From NCBI GenBank assembly GCA_963676615.1, contig OY781092.1, forward strand, positions 1,088,001 to 1,152,000: a DNA stretch of 64,000 nt, given 5' to 3'. Shown one piece after another: positions 10,015-20,504 of this stretch (position 1 is the stretch's first letter; the number at the start of each line of letters is the position of its first letter). Under the pieces are notes generated by a model that worked only from the letters and a program-made list of their open reading frames with translations, ran no database searches and was not told the origin of the DNA. Both the position numbers and the translations under genes were made by a program. The stretch comes from Candidatus Cloacimonadota bacterium. GTDB taxonomy: Bacteria > Cloacimonadota > Cloacimonadia > G963667145.

Positions 10015-10694
10015 TTAATTACTCTTACACTCTTAAAAGCTTCAACATACTGCATACCTGTTCTCATCCCATGATATCTTGCATCCAATTCTATACCCTC
10101 AAGACTTCTAGGATGAGGATAACGACATAGCTCTGATTTGTACTCCTTCATCGCATCAATTTTTAAATTTATAGTTTCACTAATATCAAAAAAAGTGTTC
10201 GGAGAAAATGACAAGGGATAATTCCACTCTGTTGATGACAATATTTCAAAACTATATATCTCTTTTACACATTCATCTTTCATGGGTCTAGTTGCTGTAA
10301 TAACAGCTTTATAGGTTATTTGATGATCAACATTTAAATCATTTTCAAAATGAGTAAAAATAATATCTGGCTTTACTTCTTCTTTAACTTTTGAAATTAC
10401 TTTAACAATATCAAGCAAATCAACGCTATCAAACCTATTATCAGGAAAAGATTCCACAAAAACTTTTTTAATTCCTATAACATCATTTGCTTTCAATATT
10501 TCTCTATTCAAAAGATCAATCTCATCTTTTTGATTTTCCACAACTCTCTTCTCATCCCTACTTGTCTTTCCTTCTCCAAGAATCAAAGTATAGGCTTCAC
10601 AGCCTTCTTTTATAAGTCTTGCAACAGTGCCAAAGCAACCCAACACTTCATCATCAGGATGAGCTGCTACAATTAAAATTTTTTTATTCATCAT
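10011..10694 (-). CDS. PIG-L/LmbE-family N-deacetylase
   Basis: AAHPDDEVLG and DLNVDH metal motifs. Confidence 0.9.
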   Translation of the reverse strand: MMNKKILIVAAHPDDEVLGCFGTVARLIKEGCEAYTLILGEGKTSRDEKRVVENQKDEIDLLNREILKANDVIGIKKVFVESFPDNRFDSVDLLDIVKVISKVKEEVKPDIIFTHFENDLNVDHQITYKAVITATRPMKDECVKEIYSFEILSSTEWNYPLSFSPNTFFDISETINLKIDAMKEYKSELCRYPHPRSLEGIELDARYHGMRTGMQYVEAFKSVRVIK

Positions 10695-11379
10695 AATCTA
10701 TTTCAAATCGTCCAACAAGTTTCCCATTTTTAAAATGAACCTCGCTAAACTCTATTTTAAAACCATCTACTTTTAAATATGCTTTAGGATACCCCTCTGC
10801 ATCAAGCATTCGAATAAAATCGTATAAAGATCTCTTCGACTTTACAAGCAATTTATCCAAATCACTATCACCTTTTGTTCTTCTTTTAAATTCAACAATT
10901 TCACCAATTTGTTTTTTGGGAACAATATTCTCATTCAGAATTTTAGGAATAAGTTTTTCAAAAATGATTTTTGAAATCTCTCGAAAATTTTCTTCCGCAC
11001 TACCGATAGAAATATTAAAATTTTCTTTAAGGTATATATCCCCAGCATCTAAGCCTTTATCAACCAATAAAGCCGATATTTTGGTGTCGTAAATCCCTCT
11101 AGACACCAAATTCTGAAACGGACTTCCTCCTCTTCCAAAAGGCAAATCAGTCATATGAAAAACGATGCATTTAAAATTATTATAAATTTTCTCTTTTATT
11201 ATCCAAGACCAATGGGGGAAAAAAATATATTTCGGATTTATTTTAGATATATTTTCATATGTGAAATCTGATTTACCAGATATGAGATAAAATTTATACT
11301 TGTCCTTATAAAAATTCTCTAATTTGTAAAAATTCTTTATATTCCAATCTTTTATGGTGGCAATAATTATATTTTCCAT
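10684..11379 (-). CDS. Formyltransferase (Fmt-like, sugar N-formyltransferase)
   Basis: FHMTDLPFGRGGSP, GLDAGDIY, DFIRMLDAEGYPKA. Confidence 0.8.
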   Translation of the reverse strand: MENIIIATIKDWNIKNFYKLENFYKDKYKFYLISGKSDFTYENISKINPKYIFFPHWSWIIKEKIYNNFKCIVFHMTDLPFGRGGSPFQNLVSRGIYDTKISALLVDKGLDAGDIYLKENFNISIGSAEENFREISKIIFEKLIPKILNENIVPKKQIGEIVEFKRRTKGDSDLDKLLVKSKRSLYDFIRMLDAEGYPKAYLKVDGFKIEFSEVHFKNGKLVGRFEIDYDE

Positions 11380-11396
11380 AATTAAACTTCAATCGA

Positions 11397-12296
11397 TTAA
11401 AAAAAATCTCGAACAATTTCTTTAAAAATCATTTTATCAAACTGACCCAAAATATTTTTCCCTCTTTTCTTCAAAAAATCGTACACACAATTCTGATTTT
11501 CAGCAGTCTTTATCGCAACAAAAGGAATTTCCATAAACATAACTTCATTTAATATTACACTGGGAGTTACAATAGCTAAATCTGAAATATTCATTAAATA
11601 AGCGATTTTAGTAGAATTTACCTTTAAATCTATCCAATCTTTATCTTTGGCAAACTCCATAAGCTCAGATAAATGTTTATTGGCATCCGTTGTAACAACT
11701 ATAACCCTTACTTTATTTTTGAATTCACTTATAGTTTCTAAAATTTTTATATTCAGATTGGAAGAATCCGCACCACCCATAGCAAGAAAAATAGTTTTTT
11801 TATCGGATATTTTTTCTCTTTCAATCTTCTTTTCTAAAATAAACTCTTCTCTGAGTAGAGTAAATTTTTTGCCACAACGCAGCTCACAATATTTAGGGAC
11901 TAAACTTTTATATCTATTCTCATCTGCACAAAAATTATGATTTAAAAGAATATCACAATTATGTTTTTCATAAGTATCATCAAACACCATAATTTTTAAA
12001 TTTGGATTGGCAATTTTTATCTTAGTTTCATAGTTAAAATCTATCTCGTAATTATCAATAACAAGAAAATCTATCTTGTTATCCTTTATAATAGAATCAA
12101 GCTCATTAATATCATGTGAATTTAAAATTTTGACTTCATATCCTGCATTGATAATTTTGTTATTAATATTGCCTTTAAGATTTTGAGAAGCAAAAATCAC
12201 ATTATCGTTAGAATACTGACTAGCTAAAACCAAATCTCGCATTATATGACCAGTTCCAATATCTGAAGATGAATCTGCTCTTATAAGAATATTCAT
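11397..12296 (-). CDS. pseG: UDP-2,4-diacetamido-2,4,6-trideoxy-beta-L-altropyranose hydrolase
   Basis: RADSSSDIGTGHIMRDL, MGGAD, TAENQ. Confidence 0.9.
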   Translation of the reverse strand: MNILIRADSSSDIGTGHIMRDLVLASQYSNDNVIFASQNLKGNINNKIINAGYEVKILNSHDINELDSIIKDNKIDFLVIDNYEIDFNYETKIKIANPNLKIMVFDDTYEKHNCDILLNHNFCADENRYKSLVPKYCELRCGKKFTLLREEFILEKKIEREKISDKKTIFLAMGGADSSNLNIKILETISEFKNKVRVIVVTTDANKHLSELMEFAKDKDWIDLKVNSTKIAYLMNISDLAIVTPSVILNEVMFMEIPFVAIKTAENQNCVYDFLKKRGKNILGQFDKMIFKEIVRDFF

Positions 12297-12299
12297 AAA

Positions 12300-13607
12300 T
12301 TAATTTAATCTCTTAAAACCACCATGACAAACTGGACCTTCTAAAAGTTTATCTATACTCTCAAGTCCATCTTCACATTTTTTGATAATTTCAAAAATTC
12401 CATGCAATTTCTCATAATATGGTTTCAAAAGCTTTTCGGTATGACAAATAGAAGAATACAAACCTGTTCCTGCTAAATATCCAAGTTTCAACATCTCTTG
12501 AGTTATTAAAGTTTTATATTTTAAGCTGTTTTCATAATTAAAACCAAAAGTAGCTAAAGCCGGCAATCCAAAAATTGATATATTCAAATCAAAATCATCT
12601 GCTATCATTTGCCAATTTTTAACAACTTTTTTGCCTGTTTCGGTTATCCTTTCCCAAGATTTTTCTTTCTCCATTACTTTTAAGGTAGCCAAAGCTGAAG
12701 AAGGTCCTATCCTTTCAGTCCAAAAAGTACTGCTAATAAATGTTTTTTGAGCAGCTTCCATTATTTCTTTTCTGCCGACAACAGCTGTAATAGCATAACC
12801 ATTGCCCAAAGTTTTACCAAATATTGTCACATCAGGCTCTACTTCATATTGCAGATATAAACCGCCAAATGTTTGCCTAAACCCTGAAGTACACTCATCG
12901 AAAATGAGAACAATTCCTTTGGCTGTGGCTAAATCTCTAACTTTTTGCAAAAAATTGTCTTTAGGTTCAACATTCCGCATCACTTCCATTTTGATAACGC
13001 CAACATCATTTTTTTCAACAATGTTTTTTAGCTCTTCAAAATTGTTGTAGGTAAAAGGAAGTGTTGTTCCATTTAAAGCTTGAGGAACTCCAGCAGGCTC
13101 TAATCCAGGCAAAAGATGAGTATCTAAACCATCACTTCGTTTAAGATTAGTTGATAAATACCAATCGTGCCAACCATGATAACCACAAATAGCAACCTTA
13201 TCTTTACCACTGGCTGCCCTTGCTATTCTAATAGCAATAGAATTTGCTTCTCCTCCGCTTCTGGCAAATCTAACCATATCTGCCCAAGGATTTATCTCTA
13301 CTAATTTTTCAGCCAAATAAACTTCTTCAGGACAATTCAAAGTTGTCATATTTCCTTTGGCAACTACATCTAAAACAGCTTTATCAACATCAGAATGGCC
13401 ATAGCCAAGAGTATTAGTGCCTATTCCCATTATGGACATATCTATATATTTATTGCCATCCAAATCCCAAACTTCACAACCTTTAGATTTAGAATAATAA
13501 GCTGGCCAATTGTCCGGCAAAAACATTTCTGGTCTTTTGGACAAAAGCATCGTTCCACCTGGGATTAAAGTTTTTGCTTTGGTATATAATTCTTGCCCTT
13601 TACCCAT
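12300..13607 (-). CDS. Class III PLP aminotransferase (glutamate-1-semialdehyde aminomutase-like)
   Basis: WDLDGNKYID, GYHGWHDW, FDECTSGFR, FGKTLGNG; sugar-cluster context rather than hem genes. Confidence 0.8.
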   Translation of the reverse strand: MGKGQELYTKAKTLIPGGTMLLSKRPEMFLPDNWPAYYSKSKGCEVWDLDGNKYIDMSIMGIGTNTLGYGHSDVDKAVLDVVAKGNMTTLNCPEEVYLAEKLVEINPWADMVRFARSGGEANSIAIRIARAASGKDKVAICGYHGWHDWYLSTNLKRSDGLDTHLLPGLEPAGVPQALNGTTLPFTYNNFEELKNIVEKNDVGVIKMEVMRNVEPKDNFLQKVRDLATAKGIVLIFDECTSGFRQTFGGLYLQYEVEPDVTIFGKTLGNGYAITAVVGRKEIMEAAQKTFISSTFWTERIGPSSALATLKVMEKEKSWERITETGKKVVKNWQMIADDFDLNISIFGLPALATFGFNYENSLKYKTLITQEMLKLGYLAGTGLYSSICHTEKLLKPYYEKLHGIFEIIKKCEDGLESIDKLLEGPVCHGGFKRLN

Positions 13608-14361
13608 TTTGCTCTTCCTTCAAACTTTTTTCAAATCCTTCATTTCGTTTAATATTGCTATTAATCTTAAAAAGATCGCTATTTAAATAAAACTTTGTAT
13701 ATTCAATCCAAGAAGCTTCTACTCCAAGAGAATGAACCAATTTTTCAATAACCTTAAAATCTGGTTCTTCGTCAACCGTCAACCTTATATCATGATAATT
13801 AAATACAGCAGGAAAAACATCCGATAAAAAAATATCTCCATCTTTGTATGTAGAATTTCGCCATATAAAAGGTGTCACATGTTCTCTATCTAATTTGCTG
13901 ACGGCTTCATTATAAGATCGTTTAAGAGCATCAAATTTAAAAACTTCAATATCTTGTCCATCAGGATACATTTCATCAAAAGTGTTGGAACAATAATCCA
14001 AATCGCTCTCTATAGTAAAATTAATTACTTCATCTATCAAACAAGGATCAATAAGCGGACAATCAGATGTAAGTCTAACAACATAATCAGGGATTTCATT
14101 TTTAGCAGTTTCAAAAAATCTTGATAGTACATCTTCCAAACTACCTTGATATGTTTCAACACCACAAGATTTAGCAATATCCAAAATTTTCTCAATACCT
14201 GTTTCTTTGGTTGTGGCAACTTTTAATTTACTGATTTTTTTAGATTGCAGAATCCTTTTTAGATGTATCTCCAATAAAGACACTCCATCAATGGTTTTCA
14301 AAATTTTTGCAGGTAATCTGGAGGAACCTACCCTTGCTTGAGTAATAGCCAAAATTTTCAT
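13600..14361 (-). CDS. SpsF-like cytidylyltransferase (probable CMP-nonulosonate synthetase)
   Basis: QARVGSSRLPAKIL, RLTSDCPLIDP, REHVTP, RLTVDEEPD. Confidence 0.8.
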   Translation of the reverse strand: MKILAITQARVGSSRLPAKILKTIDGVSLLEIHLKRILQSKKISKLKVATTKETGIEKILDIAKSCGVETYQGSLEDVLSRFFETAKNEIPDYVVRLTSDCPLIDPCLIDEVINFTIESDLDYCSNTFDEMYPDGQDIEVFKFDALKRSYNEAVSKLDREHVTPFIWRNSTYKDGDIFLSDVFPAVFNYHDIRLTVDEEPDFKVIEKLVHSLGVEASWIEYTKFYLNSDLFKINSNIKRNEGFEKSLKEEQNG

Positions 14362-14362
14362 T

Positions 14363-15259
14363 TTACCCTCTTTTCCACAGACTCGGGAAAATAATACTTT
14401 TAGGAATATTTTTAAATTCCCCTTGCAACTCTTTTTTGCAGGTCAATAATTTATTCTGCCTCGATGCCGCAAAATTCTCTTCTAATTGCTCAAGATTATC
14501 AACCCCAAAAACCAAATAATCGATAAAATCCTCTTCCAAAGAAAACTTTACCGAACACTCTGGCATAGTGATATTGTGCTTATCCAGAATACTTTTTATT
14601 TGTTCAAGATAAATTTTAGCCTCTGGCATCTTCTGCTCTACACTTCTTTCATCCATAAACAACAAACCTTGTAAAAAAGCACTGCGAGCAAACACCTTGG
14701 CTTTACTTATGTTCTTCAGATTTCTAAATTCATCAGAATTAAACCTCTGATCCAAAACATTATAAGAGATTTGTAAATAATCTAAATCCTCTTTTTGAAT
14801 AGCATAAACTCCATCTTGATATTCATAAACAGAAACACCGATATTCTCGACCAAAAAATTATTCTTCAAATCTTTAAAAACACCCCAGGCTTCATCTTTA
14901 TAAATATAACTAGGTGTATGGAACAAATAACCATCTAGTCTATCCAAGTTTAATCTTTCTAAACTGGAACTTAAATGGTTGTGAATAATCTCTTCGCAAA
15001 GGCCTTTTTCATCTTCCAAACAATTTGGCAAAAGTTTTGAGATTACTTTAATTTCTTTTCCAATTCCATTGGATTTGATAAACATTCCCAAAATTTCTTC
15101 TGCGTTGCCATAAGCTTCTGCTGTATCAAAAACTCTTATTCCTTTTTCCCAAGCATCTTCCAACATCTTTAAAGAATCTTTTAGAGTTGGCTTACCTGCT
15201 TTATTGTTAATTCCATAATCGAGTCCAAACTGAACCGTCCCTAGAACCAATTTACTCAT
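14363..15259 (-). CDS. Aldo/keto reductase
   Basis: LGTVQFGLDYG, DTAEAYG, IGVSVY, ARSAFLQGLL. Confidence 0.85.
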   Translation of the reverse strand: MSKLVLGTVQFGLDYGINNKAGKPTLKDSLKMLEDAWEKGIRVFDTAEAYGNAEEILGMFIKSNGIGKEIKVISKLLPNCLEDEKGLCEEIIHNHLSSSLERLNLDRLDGYLFHTPSYIYKDEAWGVFKDLKNNFLVENIGVSVYEYQDGVYAIQKEDLDYLQISYNVLDQRFNSDEFRNLKNISKAKVFARSAFLQGLLFMDERSVEQKMPEAKIYLEQIKSILDKHNITMPECSVKFSLEEDFIDYLVFGVDNLEQLEENFAASRQNKLLTCKKELQGEFKNIPKSIIFPSLWKRG

Positions 15260-16406
15260 TAAAATAATCCTTAATTTTGGCTATCACATAATTTTGTTCC
15301 TCGTCCGTCATAGAAGGAAACATCGGCAAACTAAGACATTTTCCGTAATATTTTTCAGCTATCGGGAAATCATTTTTCTTCCATCCAAATTGCCCATAAT
15401 ACGGTTGCAAATGAACTGGAATATAATGCACTTGAGAATAAATTCCGTTCTCTTTCAAATATTCATAAAGCCCTTTGCGATTGTCCACCTGAACAACATA
15501 AAGATGATAAGCGTGATGAAATCTTTCATCCAAAAAAGGCGTTTTGATTTTTAAGCCAGCAAAAGCTTTGTTATAATTATCAGCCAATTGCCTTCTCCTG
15601 TCAACTCCTGCCTTGGCTCTATCCAATTGAGACAAACCCAAAGCCGCCTGCATATCACACATCCTATAATTATAGCCAAGCTCTAACATCTGATAATACC
15701 AACCACCATCGTTCTGACTCAACAACTCGGGATTTTTTGTAATTCCGTGCGTTCGCAACAACAAAAGTTTTTCATACAACTTTTTGCTATTTGTGGTAAT
15801 CATTCCGCCTTCTCCTGTAGTAATATGTTTTACTGGATGAAAAGAAAAAACAGACAAATCTGCATATTTACTATCGCCGCATTTAACTTTGTTGCCGCGA
15901 CTATCCTCAAAAAATCCCCCAGGAGCATGACAAGCGTCTTCAATAATCCACAACCCATATTCGTCAGCCAAACCTCTGAGCTTTTGCATATCACAAGGAT
16001 ACCCTGCAAAATCAACAGGGATAACACCCTTATAATAACCTCTGGGCTTACTCTTCAATTTTTTCTCTAATTTACCCAAATCGATAATATATCGAGACTC
16101 ATCAATATCGACAAAATCTACTTCACCCCCGCAATATCGAACACAATTAGCACTAGCTGCAAAAGTTATCGGCGTGGTAAGAACTCTGTCTTTATTTTTC
16201 ACACCCAAAGCCAAAGCACTCAAATGCAAACCAGCCGTCCCATTAGACACAGCCACAGCGTATTCACAACCAATATATCCAGCAAATTTCTCTTCAAACT
16301 CTTTAACTTTAGGTCCTTGCGTAAGGTAATCCGACTTCAGCGTCTCCACAACAGATTCGATATCCGCCTTAGAAATTTCCTGCCTTCCATAGGGAATATT
16401 CATCAT
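15252..16406 (-). CDS. pseC: UDP-4-amino-4,6-dideoxy-N-acetyl-beta-L-altrosamine transaminase
   Basis: IPYGRQ, LTQGP, EDACHA, SFHPVKHITTGEGG. Confidence 0.9.
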   Translation of the reverse strand: MMNIPYGRQEISKADIESVVETLKSDYLTQGPKVKEFEEKFAGYIGCEYAVAVSNGTAGLHLSALALGVKNKDRVLTTPITFAASANCVRYCGGEVDFVDIDESRYIIDLGKLEKKLKSKPRGYYKGVIPVDFAGYPCDMQKLRGLADEYGLWIIEDACHAPGGFFEDSRGNKVKCGDSKYADLSVFSFHPVKHITTGEGGMITTNSKKLYEKLLLLRTHGITKNPELLSQNDGGWYYQMLELGYNYRMCDMQAALGLSQLDRAKAGVDRRRQLADNYNKAFAGLKIKTPFLDERFHHAYHLYVVQVDNRKGLYEYLKENGIYSQVHYIPVHLQPYYGQFGWKKNDFPIAEKYYGKCLSLPMFPSMTDEEQNYVIAKIKDYFNE

Positions 16407-17422
16407 TAGACAACCTCAAAATCAGGATTTATGTGCTCTTTGATGAGTTTTCGCAGACTTTCAACACTCTCCCAGTCTTGATTTTTCTCAGAATTGTAAG
16501 AAAATCCATCTTCAACCATTTTGGCGTTGAAATGAGCCAAATATTCCTCTTTTTTATAGGTAAGAGGCACAGACGGCAAAACAGCGTAATATTTATCAAA
16601 CTCTATCGTATTGATAGAGTCTGTGGCTGAAATCATCTCCTCATGCAGCTTCTCGCCAGGGCGTATTCCCACAACCTTAATTTTGCAATTTGGGCCAATG
16701 GCTTTAGCTACATCCAAAATTTTATAAGAAGGAATCTTGGGCACAAAAATCTCGCCACCAAGAGCATTCTCTATGGCGAACATCACCATTGCCACTCCGT
16801 CTTCCAAGGAAATATTAAACCGAGTCATCCTGTCATCTGTGATCGGCAATATTCCCTCTTCGGCTTTTTTCATAAAAAAAGGAATCACAGAACCTCTAGA
16901 GCCCATCACATTACCATAGCGAACAACCGAAAATTTAATCTCCTTATTGCCCGTGATATTATTCGCCGCCACAAACAATTTATCTGAAACAAGCTTCGTT
17001 GCTCCATAAAGATTTATGGGAGCGCAAGCCTTATCAGTAGAAAGCGCCACAATTTTTTTGACTCCGCACTCAATAGCACAGTTAATAACATTCATCGCCC
17101 CGTCCACATTCGTTTTGATGCACTCCTCTGGGTTATACTCTGCAGTATCGACCTGTTTCATTGCCGCTGCATGAATAATCACATCAATATTTTTGCAAGC
17201 TCGCTTTAGCCTCATTTCATCTCTTACATCACCAATAAAATACCGAATTTGAGGAAAATCTTTTTCAGCCCAAATCTGTTTCATTTCAAACTGCTTTAAT
17301 TCGTCCCGAGAAAAGATCACGAGTCTTTTTACTTTGGGATATTTACTCAGAATAGTCTCCGCAAATTTCTTCCCAAAAGAACCTGTTCCGCCCGTAATTA
17401 AAATTGATTTATTATTTAACAT
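16406..17422 (-). CDS. pseB: UDP-GlcNAc 4,6-dehydratase (inverting)
   Basis: TGGTGSFG, SRDELKQ, LSTDKA, YGATK, RYGNVMGSRGSV, GIRPGEKLHE. Confidence 0.95.
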   Translation of the reverse strand: MLNNKSILITGGTGSFGKKFAETILSKYPKVKRLVIFSRDELKQFEMKQIWAEKDFPQIRYFIGDVRDEMRLKRACKNIDVIIHAAAMKQVDTAEYNPEECIKTNVDGAMNVINCAIECGVKKIVALSTDKACAPINLYGATKLVSDKLFVAANNITGNKEIKFSVVRYGNVMGSRGSVIPFFMKKAEEGILPITDDRMTRFNISLEDGVAMVMFAIENALGGEIFVPKIPSYKILDVAKAIGPNCKIKVVGIRPGEKLHEEMISATDSINTIEFDKYYAVLPSVPLTYKKEEYLAHFNAKMVEDGFSYNSEKNQDWESVESLRKLIKEHINPDFEVV

Positions 17423-18478
17423 TTAAATTTCCTTTTTACCAACTTGCAAATTAAAAACCCTCCTCACTCCATCCTCCAACTCCACTCTATACTTCCAGCC
17501 CAAAGAAGTTAGCTTGCTCGTATCAGTCAACTTTTTCATCGTTCCATCAGGTTTATCTGCGTTAAAATACAGCTCGCCATTATACCCCACAACATCTTTT
17601 ACCAACTCAGCAAGCTCCTTAATCGAAACATCCTTGCCTGTGCCAATGTTGATATGAGTGTTGCGAATTTCGTCCGTTTGCCCTTTCGCCAAAACCGCAA
17701 AATCGATTTTCTCCAACAAAAAAACGCACGCTTCAGCCATATCCTCAGAATACAAAAACTCTCGCCTGGGCTTGCCACTTCCCCAAATCTCCACTCGATC
17801 CTTGCTAATCCCAAACTTTTGCAAAATTTTAGTCGCTTCATCAAAACTTTTCACCTGCAAATCTTTAACAACTTCGTCCTTTTTGTCCTCAGAAAGCAAC
17901 TTCGCCAAATAAATTTTCCGCAAAATCGCAGGCAAAACATGCGATTTCTCCAAATCGTAATTATCATTTTCGCCATAAAGATTCGTCGGCATTGCTGCAA
18001 TAAAGTTCGTCCCATACTGCAAATTATACGCCTCGCACATCTTGATTCCCGCAATCTTTGCAACCGCATAAGGCTCGTTCGTATATTCCAAAGGCGAAGT
18101 CAGCAAGCAATCTTCCTTCATCGGCTGCGCAGCATTTTTGGGATAAATACAAGTGCTACCCAAAAACAGCAGCTTTTTCACCCCAAATTCATAACTAAAA
18201 TGAATCACATTATTTTGAATTTGCAAATTATCGTAAATAAAATCGGCTCGGTAGGTGTTGTTCGCAACGATACCACCAACTTTTGCCGCAGCCAGCACCA
18301 CAAATTCAGGCTTCTCTTGCTCAAAAAATTTTCGAGTCGCTTGCTGATTACGCAAATCAAGCTCAGCCGAACTCCGCAGAACCAAATTGTCATATCCTTT
18401 GGTTTGCAACACCTTCACAATCGCAGAACCGACAAGACCTCTGTGCCCAGCAACAAAAATTTTCGAGTCTAGCTTCAT
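17423..18478 (-). CDS. fcl: GDP-L-fucose synthase
   Basis: GHRGLVGSA, AAAKVGGI, YAVAKIAG, PTNLYG, SHVLPA, KPDGT. Confidence 0.95.
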   Translation of the reverse strand: MKLDSKIFVAGHRGLVGSAIVKVLQTKGYDNLVLRSSAELDLRNQQATRKFFEQEKPEFVVLAAAKVGGIVANNTYRADFIYDNLQIQNNVIHFSYEFGVKKLLFLGSTCIYPKNAAQPMKEDCLLTSPLEYTNEPYAVAKIAGIKMCEAYNLQYGTNFIAAMPTNLYGENDNYDLEKSHVLPAILRKIYLAKLLSEDKKDEVVKDLQVKSFDEATKILQKFGISKDRVEIWGSGKPRREFLYSEDMAEACVFLLEKIDFAVLAKGQTDEIRNTHINIGTGKDVSIKELAELVKDVVGYNGELYFNADKPDGTMKKLTDTSKLTSLGWKYRVELEDGVRRVFNLQVGKKEI

Positions 18479-18486
18479 TGTTTTGT

Positions 18487-19572
18487 TCAAACCTCAAATC
18501 CGCTTTGGCGCAACAAATGCCTTTTCTCTACATAATCCAAATCGTGCTTGACCATAATTTTCACCAACTCAGCAAAAGAGGTTTTGCGCGGATTCCAACC
18601 TAGTAGTTTTTTTGCTTTGCTCGGATTTCCCAAAAGCGTCTCCACTTCCGCTGGCCTAAAATATTGCGGATCGACCTCAATCAACACCTCTCCGTTCTCG
18701 GCGTTTACGCCTTTTTCGGCTAGTCCGCTTCCTTCCCATTTGAGCGTAATTCCCGCTTCTCTAAAAGCCAAATCGCAAAAATCTCGCACCGAATATTGCT
18801 CACCAGTGGCAATCACAAAATCTTCTGGCGTCTGGTGTTGCAACATAAGCCACATACACTCCACATAATCTTTGGCGTAGCCCCAGTCACGCTTGGCGTC
18901 CAAGTTGCCGAGATACAACCGTTTTTGATAGCCTTTGGCGATGCGAGCTGCCCCCAAAGTTATTTTTCTAGTGACAAAATTTTCGCCACGGCGCTCAGAT
19001 TCGTGATTGAACAAAATGCCGTTACAAGCAAACATTCCATAAGATTCCCGATAATTTTTCGTAATCCAAAATCCGTATTGCTTAGCTACAGCGTAAGGGC
19101 TGCGTGGATAAAACGGCGTGTCCTCCGATTGCGGAATTTCCTGCACTTTCCCATAAAGTTCACTCGTGGACGCCTGATAAATCTTGGTCTTTTTTTCCAT
19201 TCCCAAAAGGCGCACCGCCTCCAAAACCCGAATCGTCCCAATTCCATCGGTGTCCGCCGTATATTCCGGCACCTCAAAAGAGACCCGCACATGCGATTGT
19301 GCGGCAAGATTATAGATTTCATCGGGCTTGGTCTGCTTTATCACCCGAATCAGATTCGACGAGTCGGTCATATCGCCATAAAAAAGCTTGAGCTTCCGCT
19401 TTTTGTGCATATCCTCGATCAAATCGTCCAAATACAAATGCTCGATTCTGCTGTTGTTGAAAGATGAAGAGCGCCGAATAATCCCAAAAACTTCATAGCC
19501 CTTGTCTAGTAAAAATTCCGCCAAATAAGAGCCGTCTTGCCCATTTATCCCCGTAATTAAAGCTGTTTTCAT
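18487..19572 (-). CDS. gmd: GDP-mannose 4,6-dehydratase
   Basis: [44 protein letters not shown]. Confidence 0.97.
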   Translation of the reverse strand: MKTALITGINGQDGSYLAEFLLDKGYEVFGIIRRSSSFNNSRIEHLYLDDLIEDMHKKRKLKLFYGDMTDSSNLIRVIKQTKPDEIYNLAAQSHVRVSFEVPEYTADTDGIGTIRVLEAVRLLGMEKKTKIYQASTSELYGKVQEIPQSEDTPFYPRSPYAVAKQYGFWITKNYRESYGMFACNGILFNHESERRGENFVTRKITLGAARIAKGYQKRLYLGNLDAKRDWGYAKDYVECMWLMLQHQTPEDFVIATGEQYSVRDFCDLAFREAGITLKWEGSGLAEKGVNAENGEVLIEVDPQYFRPAEVETLLGNPSKAKKLLGWNPRKTSFAELVKIMVKHDLDYVEKRHLLRQSGFEV

Positions 19573-19673
19573 CTGCTATCCTTATATAAAAATTGCTCAT
19601 TCCAAAAATGATTTGCAGCTTGCCCTGTCAAGAGTATAAGCAAAATGTTAACTTAAAAGCGATGAGTGAAAAT

Positions 19674-20504
19674 TTACAAACAGGAATAATTAAACAAAGT
19701 TTTAAACACCCTTAAAACAGTCGCCAAAACCCGCGTTCCAATGAACACCTTATTATAATCCTGCCTAAAAAAAAGATTTAAATATTGCACGGTTAAATAC
19801 AGAGAATTTTTAATCTCGTCTGCCATTTTTACTTTTCTTCGCGTTGTCGAGCCGACTCTCTCATAAACAAAATAACAAGTTCCTTTTGATGTTTTTTGTA
19901 TTCTCTGTATATTTTTGGAAATTACAGCCATAAACAAGGAGTCTTCCCCTTTAAAAACATTTTCATCAAACTTTGCATTTTGCAACATTTTCCTATGCAT
20001 CATCGTTGCTACAGGCAATGTAAAATATCTTATTGATCTAAATCTTAGTTTTTCAAAATCGTTTAATTTCAAAAATGTTTTTCCAATCCGAGTTTCTTTT
20101 GCCTTTTTAATATCATCTTTAAAACCAAGAATATTAGAAATTCCCATAAAATCTTTGGTTGTTTTCTGCAACAAATTTTCTAGATAATTCTCGCTAACCA
20201 AATCGTCATCGTCTATAAAACAAAAATACTCTTCCCTAAAATTTTCAATAAGTTTATTTCGTGCTTTTGAAATTCCAGGTTTTTCAATATAAAAATATTG
20301 CCACTTAAACCTCATTCTCCCCAACAGCTCAAAAACATAATCCTCATAGTGCTTCCTTTGCCCATTTAGCGCGATATAAACACAAAATTCATCTATTCCT
20401 AAACTCTGCTTATTTATAGAAAGTAGACACCTTTCAAAATACTCCTTTGGCTCACAAGTTGGAATCAACACAGCAACTTTACTCATTTTACAATGGCAAT
20501 CCAT
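19674..20504 (-). CDS. Glycosyltransferase family 2
   Basis: VLIPT, GISKARN, FIDDDD, GED. Confidence 0.8.
   Translation of the reverse strand: MDCHCKMSKVAVLIPTCEPKEYFERCLLSINKQSLGIDEFCVYIALNGQRKHYEDYVFELLGRMRFKWQYFYIEKPGISKARNKLIENFREEYFCFIDDDDLVSENYLENLLQKTTKDFMGISNILGFKDDIKKAKETRIGKTFLKLNDFEKLRFRSIRYFTLPVATMMHRKMLQNAKFDENVFKGEDSLFMAVISKNIQRIQKTSKGTCYFVYERVGSTTRRKVKMADEIKNSLYLTVQYLNLFFRQDYNKVFIGTRVLATVLRVFKTLFNYSCL

Noticed and set aside
12300..13607. Calling the class III aminotransferase hemL
   Set aside because: Embedded in the pse cluster with no tetrapyrrole genes nearby.
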